Positions 19,270 through 23,882 of a stretch of 23,882 bases of DNA are shown in pieces. The translations under genes were made by a program, and so were the position numbers. Source of the DNA: Octopus sinensis (Eukaryota). How positions within the stretch are numbered: the first letter of the stretch is position 1; every line of letters starts with the position of its first letter. Location: positions 1 through 23,882 of the forward strand of contig NW_021836511.1 in the NCBI RefSeq assembly GCF_006345805.1, given 5' to 3'. The notes under the pieces were generated by a model, which was not told the origin of the DNA, ran no database searches, and saw only the letters and a list, made by a program, of their open reading frames with translations.

Positions 19270-19445
19270 ATTGCTTACAGTATTCCTTCCAACTCTTAGC
19301 GTTCTGAGTTCAAATACTGCCAATGCCATCTTTTGTCTTCACCCCTTCGGGGTCGATAAAATGAAGTATGAGTCAGGCACTGGGATCGATGTAATCGCCT
19401 TGCACCCACCCCTAAAAATTGCTGACCTTGCGCCTACATTACAAT
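19270..19445 (+). mobile_element. SINE family 1, degenerate copy
   Basis: GCGTTCTGAGTTCAAAT..CTTCGGGGTCGATAAAAT..CTGGGATCGATGTAATCG. Confidence 0.7.
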
Positions 19446-20700
19446 GAATTGTTATCATTATCATTTATTGTTGTTGTTGTTGTTGTTGTTGTGACTGCTG
19501 CTAATGTTGTTGTAATTATTCTTGTTATTGTTATTTGGTTTGTTGGTTAAGCGGAAATCAATTGTTAATTCTAATAAAGTCTACTTTTAGATTTCAATTC
19601 CATTTTAGCAACAACAACAACAACAACAAATACAATTAATAAATAAAAATAAAGGAAAAAGAAAGAAAAAAACACTATTAACAATAAAAGCAAAATTGAC
19701 AAAAAGAAGACACCAAAAATGTAAAAAAACCAAAGAAAAAAAAAACATATAAAACAAGCAAAGAAGCAAGCAAAAAGCGGAAACGAAGGAAAACGCCTCG
19801 TTTCTACAATTATGGTATTGTCAATGGATCTTTGATGAGTTTTTGCCTTTGATGAAGATAATAATTGCCGAATTAACGTGTTTATAGCTCTCATATTATC
19901 ATCTTCCTCCGCCTTTTCTACTCTCTCACCGACACATACACTCTCTCTCTCTCTCTCTCTCTTTCTCTTTCTCTCTCACCTTCTTCTCCCTATCTCTCTC
20001 CATATCACTTTATTTCTACTTCTCATTTCTCTCTCGATTTCAAACTAGTTATCGATCCATCTCCTATATCTACTATCTTTCATTCCCAGTCATCTCCCTC
20101 TTTCTCTCTCTCCCTTCTGGGTCTCTCTTTCTCCTCTTGCCCTACACACGTACCCTTGTCTCCTCCTATCCTTGCATCTCTCTGTGAATTACCCTCTACA
20201 TAACTCTCTTATTCCTTCTATCTTTCTCTCCATACGGCCCTATCTCTATATCTGTCAGGTGCCTTTCCCAACCCTCGCTCAACTCTTTACTTTGTTCTGG
20301 CTTCTGCATGTAAATCGCCCCTTTTTCCTGTATTTCTAATTTTCGCTCCCCCAAACCTATTCTTCTTCTTTTAGATCAACCGCTGTTATTTTCATTATGG
20401 AATGGAAGGGGCAACTTCGTTACTTTTCGGTGCCTCTGCTACACCCCTCCCTATACGGTTTTTTTAATGTACTGAACGCGGCAATTTTCTACATGGTGAA
20501 TTATAAAAATAGAACGGTGCGTCACGTGTGCAGATCGAACTGCGTTTAACTTCACACGTTTCATTAGTTATGTTCGTTTTAAGTTTTAAAGATTTTCATT
20601 TCCGATTCATGGCAGAGATTCAGAATCACACTTTGTTTTCAATTGTATTAATATTAGTGTTTGTGAATACAAACATATCAACGTTATATAAAGCGGTAGT

Positions 20701-20945
20701 AAGGCGGCGAGCTGGCAGAAACGTTAGCACGCCGGGCGAAATGCGTAGCCGTATTTCGTCTGCCGTTACGTTCTGAGTTAAAATTCCGCCGAGGTCGACT
20801 TTGCCTTTCATCCTTTCGGGGTCGATAAATTAAGTACCAGTTACGCACTGGGATCGATGTAATCGATTTAATACCTATGTCTGTCCTTGTTTGTCCCCTC
20901 TGTGTTTAGTCCCTTGTGGGCAGTAAAAAAATAGGTATTTCGTCT
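20701..20945 (+). mobile_element. SINE family 1, full monomer plus the start of a second unit
   Basis: AAGGCGGCGAGCTGGCAGAAACG...AAATAG|GTATTTCGTCTG, then microsatellite. GTATTTCG occurs at 20751 and 20935 (184 bp apart). Confidence 0.92.
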
Positions 20946-21085
20946 GTATGTATGTGTGTGTGTATGTATATATATATAATATAACAGTATATATATATAT
21001 ATATACATGTGTATATATATATATATTATATTATATATATACCACACACACACACACATATATATATACCACACATATATACACA

Positions 21086-21128
<43 letters not shown>

Positions 21129-21279
21129 TAATAAGGGCAGAAATTGATATTAATCAATTAAAACCAGTGGGTTAGCATATTTTAAAAATTCGAAGATTAA
21201 GCTCATATTACATACAAAATTAAGTGGTCATTCCTTTTAATCTTGTGTGTATGTATGTGTGTATATATATATTATATAT

Positions 21280-21310
<31 letters not shown>

Positions 21311-21462
21311 TTAGAGAAAGAAGAGAGAGAGAGAGGGAGACAGAGAGAGACAGACAGACAGACAGGGACAGAGAGAGAGGGTGGGGTGTTGGTGCAAACA
21401 GGAAAAATAGGACTCAAAATATGAGTATATGCATATCTTTATTAATATTTAGCAGAGGTAAA

Positions 21463-21529
21463 AGAGTGACTCAAGATCCTAGAGTTTCGTAAGCTGGAAT
21501 GCACGAAACACTGGACCGTGTATCACTCT
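21463..21529 (+). ncRNA. Type I hammerhead-like fold with a G5>C core lesion
   Basis: AGAGTGA-CTCAAGA-[stem II region]-GAAA-CAC(TGGACC)GTG-TA-TCACTCT: perfect 7-bp stem I, 4-bp stem III, GUA triplet. Confidence 0.6.
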
Positions 21530-21693
21530 CTCACTTTTGCTAAATATATATATATATAAAATTTTATTTGGGATTTGTCCATTACTGTATATTTGTTTTA
21601 GCTATTGATATGCTAATGAAATTACGTGAACATCTTCAATGAAGGGTATATGTTTTTGAGAAATTGGTGTTCGTTCAGCAATTCGATTTGTAA

Positions 21694-21780
21694 CAGGAAT
21701 CTGAAGAATCGATATTTTCCAGTATTGCTGGAATAATACAGATTCGATGTATTACTTCGTCTCTTACATAATAATATTCC
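21694..21780 (+). ncRNA. Decayed hammerhead-like fold with a long stem II
   Basis: GGAAT-CTGAAGA-long hairpin (TTCCAG/CTGGAA)-G[AA lost]-ATGTA(13 nt)TACAT-A-(ATAAT)-ATTCC. Confidence 0.4.
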
Positions 21781-21880
21781 AACAATAAACCTCTGGTAAA
21801 GCGTCGATGAAACAATTTCAGAATTATGTAATAAAACAGGATGCTCACACCAGCCATTATTCTTATTAATTTTTATTATT

Positions 21881-21881
21881 T

Positions 21882-21912
<31 letters not shown>

Positions 21913-21974
21913 TATATATATTAAATATATATAAATATATATATATATAATATATATATATATATTAAATATAT

Positions 21975-22009
<35 letters not shown>

Positions 22010-22018
22010 AATATATAT

Positions 22019-22059
<41 letters not shown>

Positions 22060-22190
22060 GACATACAAATACATAGACATAAATAGACCTACGTAATTAT
22101 ACATACATACATATATGCATACATGCTTATACTTATACATACATATAAATATAGATACATACATAGGTATATATATAGATATATTATATA

Positions 22191-22225
<35 letters not shown>

Positions 22226-22314
22226 TAAAGCTAGACATACATATACCTGCGTATATATACACGTACATACATATATGCATACATGCTTATACTTATACAT
22301 ACATATAAATATAG

Positions 22315-22387
<73 letters not shown>

Positions 22388-22390
22388 TAA
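21881..22390. repeat. Long (TA)n field plus a duplicated (ACAT/TA/GA) compound block
   Basis: ACATACATATATGCATACATGCTTATACTTATACATACATATAAATATAGATACATACATA occurs near 22105 and 22267, each copy followed by (TA)n(GA)n-ATAAAGCTAG. Confidence 0.85.
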
Positions 22391-22789
22391 AGCTAGTCAT
22401 GTTCCACTACATACATATATAAACAAAATGGCCATATTCAGTATTTCTTTGTTGGTAATTACGATGATAGAATATAAAATGTTTTTGAATTACAGTTGTT
22501 TTGTACTGAGAATGGACGAAACTTTTCTTCTATACCACTTGTGGTTGTTACTATTGTTGTAGCTGTTTAGAGCCAGGTCATCCTATGCTCAAAATGTACC
22601 GAAAACTGCATTACCCAGTGCAATTATCTTTTCAAAATCATAGGACGACACGAGAAAGATTAGGCTGGTATTTCTAACAGTTATTGGTTTTTAGTACCAC
22701 ATCCCCCAAGTGAGCAAATCTATAACTAAAAGCATTCGAACATTTCTATTACTATATTACCTAATGTATTATTTCTCTATGAATGCGAA

Positions 22790-22940
22790 CATTGCCGAGT
22801 GATTAAGATGTTTGCTTCGTTACGAGGATATCCTGGCTTCGATTCCACTTAGGGAATATTAGGATTGTACCGTTATCATAGGTTTGGACCGATTTAATTT
22901 TTGGGAATGAAATTGATTCTAAGTAGACGGAAACTGTGTT
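22790..22940 (+). mobile_element. Very old SINE family 2-like head fragment
   Basis: GAGTGATTAAGATGTTTGCTT..GGCTTCGATTCCAC..GTAGACGGAAACTG. Confidence 0.5.
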
Positions 22941-23699
22941 TGTACTTCGTTTGTTGCACTTGTGTCTCGCTGATCCTAAATGAAAATTCAGTGAAAGAAA
23001 AGCTTGATTGTAGAATACTCAGCCACATTTCATACAAAGTCAATAGCCCATTCAATGTCATATTCCATAATATATGCTGTATGAATGTTTTTTTTGTGTC
23101 CAAATCATTTATGTTTACGTATAAACTACACGGTGGATTATACCATGTTGTTTTCCTTTGTCTACACTTTATTAGTGTTAGTTTTTGTATTGCTCTATGT
23201 TTGTAATGTAATCTTTTGTTTTTGTGAAGCTTCTTCTATGTAGGCTGTTATTGTGGTATTTAGAAGCGCGCTTGAATATTTTCTTAACAGAATATATATC
23301 AGATCTTTTAACCCATAATATTAATTAGGTAAGCTCTTCACGATAGTGGGGAAGTAAGTAGAGCATTCGTGGACATACCGTAAGATCACATTTGGCTATC
23401 TATGTAGATTCTATCCCTCAGAATATAAATTAAGGTTTATATCTAAAATATTAACTACACAAGCGTCTACTGACAATAATTTTAGCATGAAAATCGTCTT
23501 CTAGATCCTTCCACACGTATCTAATACGAAGCGGAATTTTTTCTTTTAAGTAATTTAAAATGGTAGGGATGATTCGAAGAACTCTTGGCTGAAGAACCCT
23601 TGGTGTGTGCGTGTGCGTATGTGTATGCGTGTATGTGTGTGTGTGTACATGCGCGTGCATATAGCTATCTACCAGAACTAGAAATGATCCCTTATCGTT

Positions 23700-23882
23700 A
23701 TCCTTTACTTGTTTCAGTCATTAGACTGCGGCCATGGTGGGACACCGCTTGAAGAATTTTCAGCCGAATGAATAGACCCAGTATGTAATTTTTGTTAAAT
23801 TTGGTACTTATTCTATCGACCTTTTTCGCCGAGTCGCTAGGTTACGGGGGTGTAAACACACCAACACCAATTGCCAAGCAGT
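23700..23882 (-). mobile_element. SINE family 2, 3' half, running off the window
   Basis: CTTTACTTGTTTCAGTCATTAGACTGCGGCCATG..TACTTATTCTATCG..GGTTACGGGG..GTAAACACACC. Confidence 0.8.

Noticed and set aside
19571-19894. 107-aa hydrophobic Phe-rich ORF resembling a membrane protein
   Set aside because: Antisense of A-rich and (CAA)n low-complexity DNA
21622-22164. 180-aa ORF, the longest in the track
   Set aside because: Mostly (TA)n read as Tyr/Ile
23340-23660. Minus-strand ORF IIPTILNYLKEKIPLRIRYVWKDLED.., possibly an RT relic
   Set aside because: Similarity too weak to support without a tblastn search; the ORF starts in a (CA)n repeat

Overview
AT-rich, microsatellite-dense animal genomic DNA (intronic or intergenic), most likely octopus/cephalopod. 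The taxon is inferred from the SINE, MITE and Penelope families as I recall them, not from a search. I cannot confidently identify any host protein-coding gene; almost all ORFs in the track are artefacts of microsatellites or SINEs. The window is a layered transposon graveyard. It holds at least four tRNA-derived SINE families (over 20 copies or fragments), three non-autonomous Helitrons (two head-to-tail), and three GG-ended MITE families (Merlin-like where an 8-bp TSD is visible). It also holds a TTAA piggyBac-type MITE, an internally deleted mariner, a CR1-type LINE 3' end and a Penelope GIY-YIG remnant. The strongest signals are: (1) a set of hammerhead-ribozyme motifs, one with an intact core (5070-5104, minus strand) and several decayed, lying in Penelope-like or (TA)n-flanked short elements; (2) one SINE family that forms 184-185 bp head-to-tail units with the same junction at several independent loci; (3) telomere-repeat-like cores shared by otherwise different MITE families.
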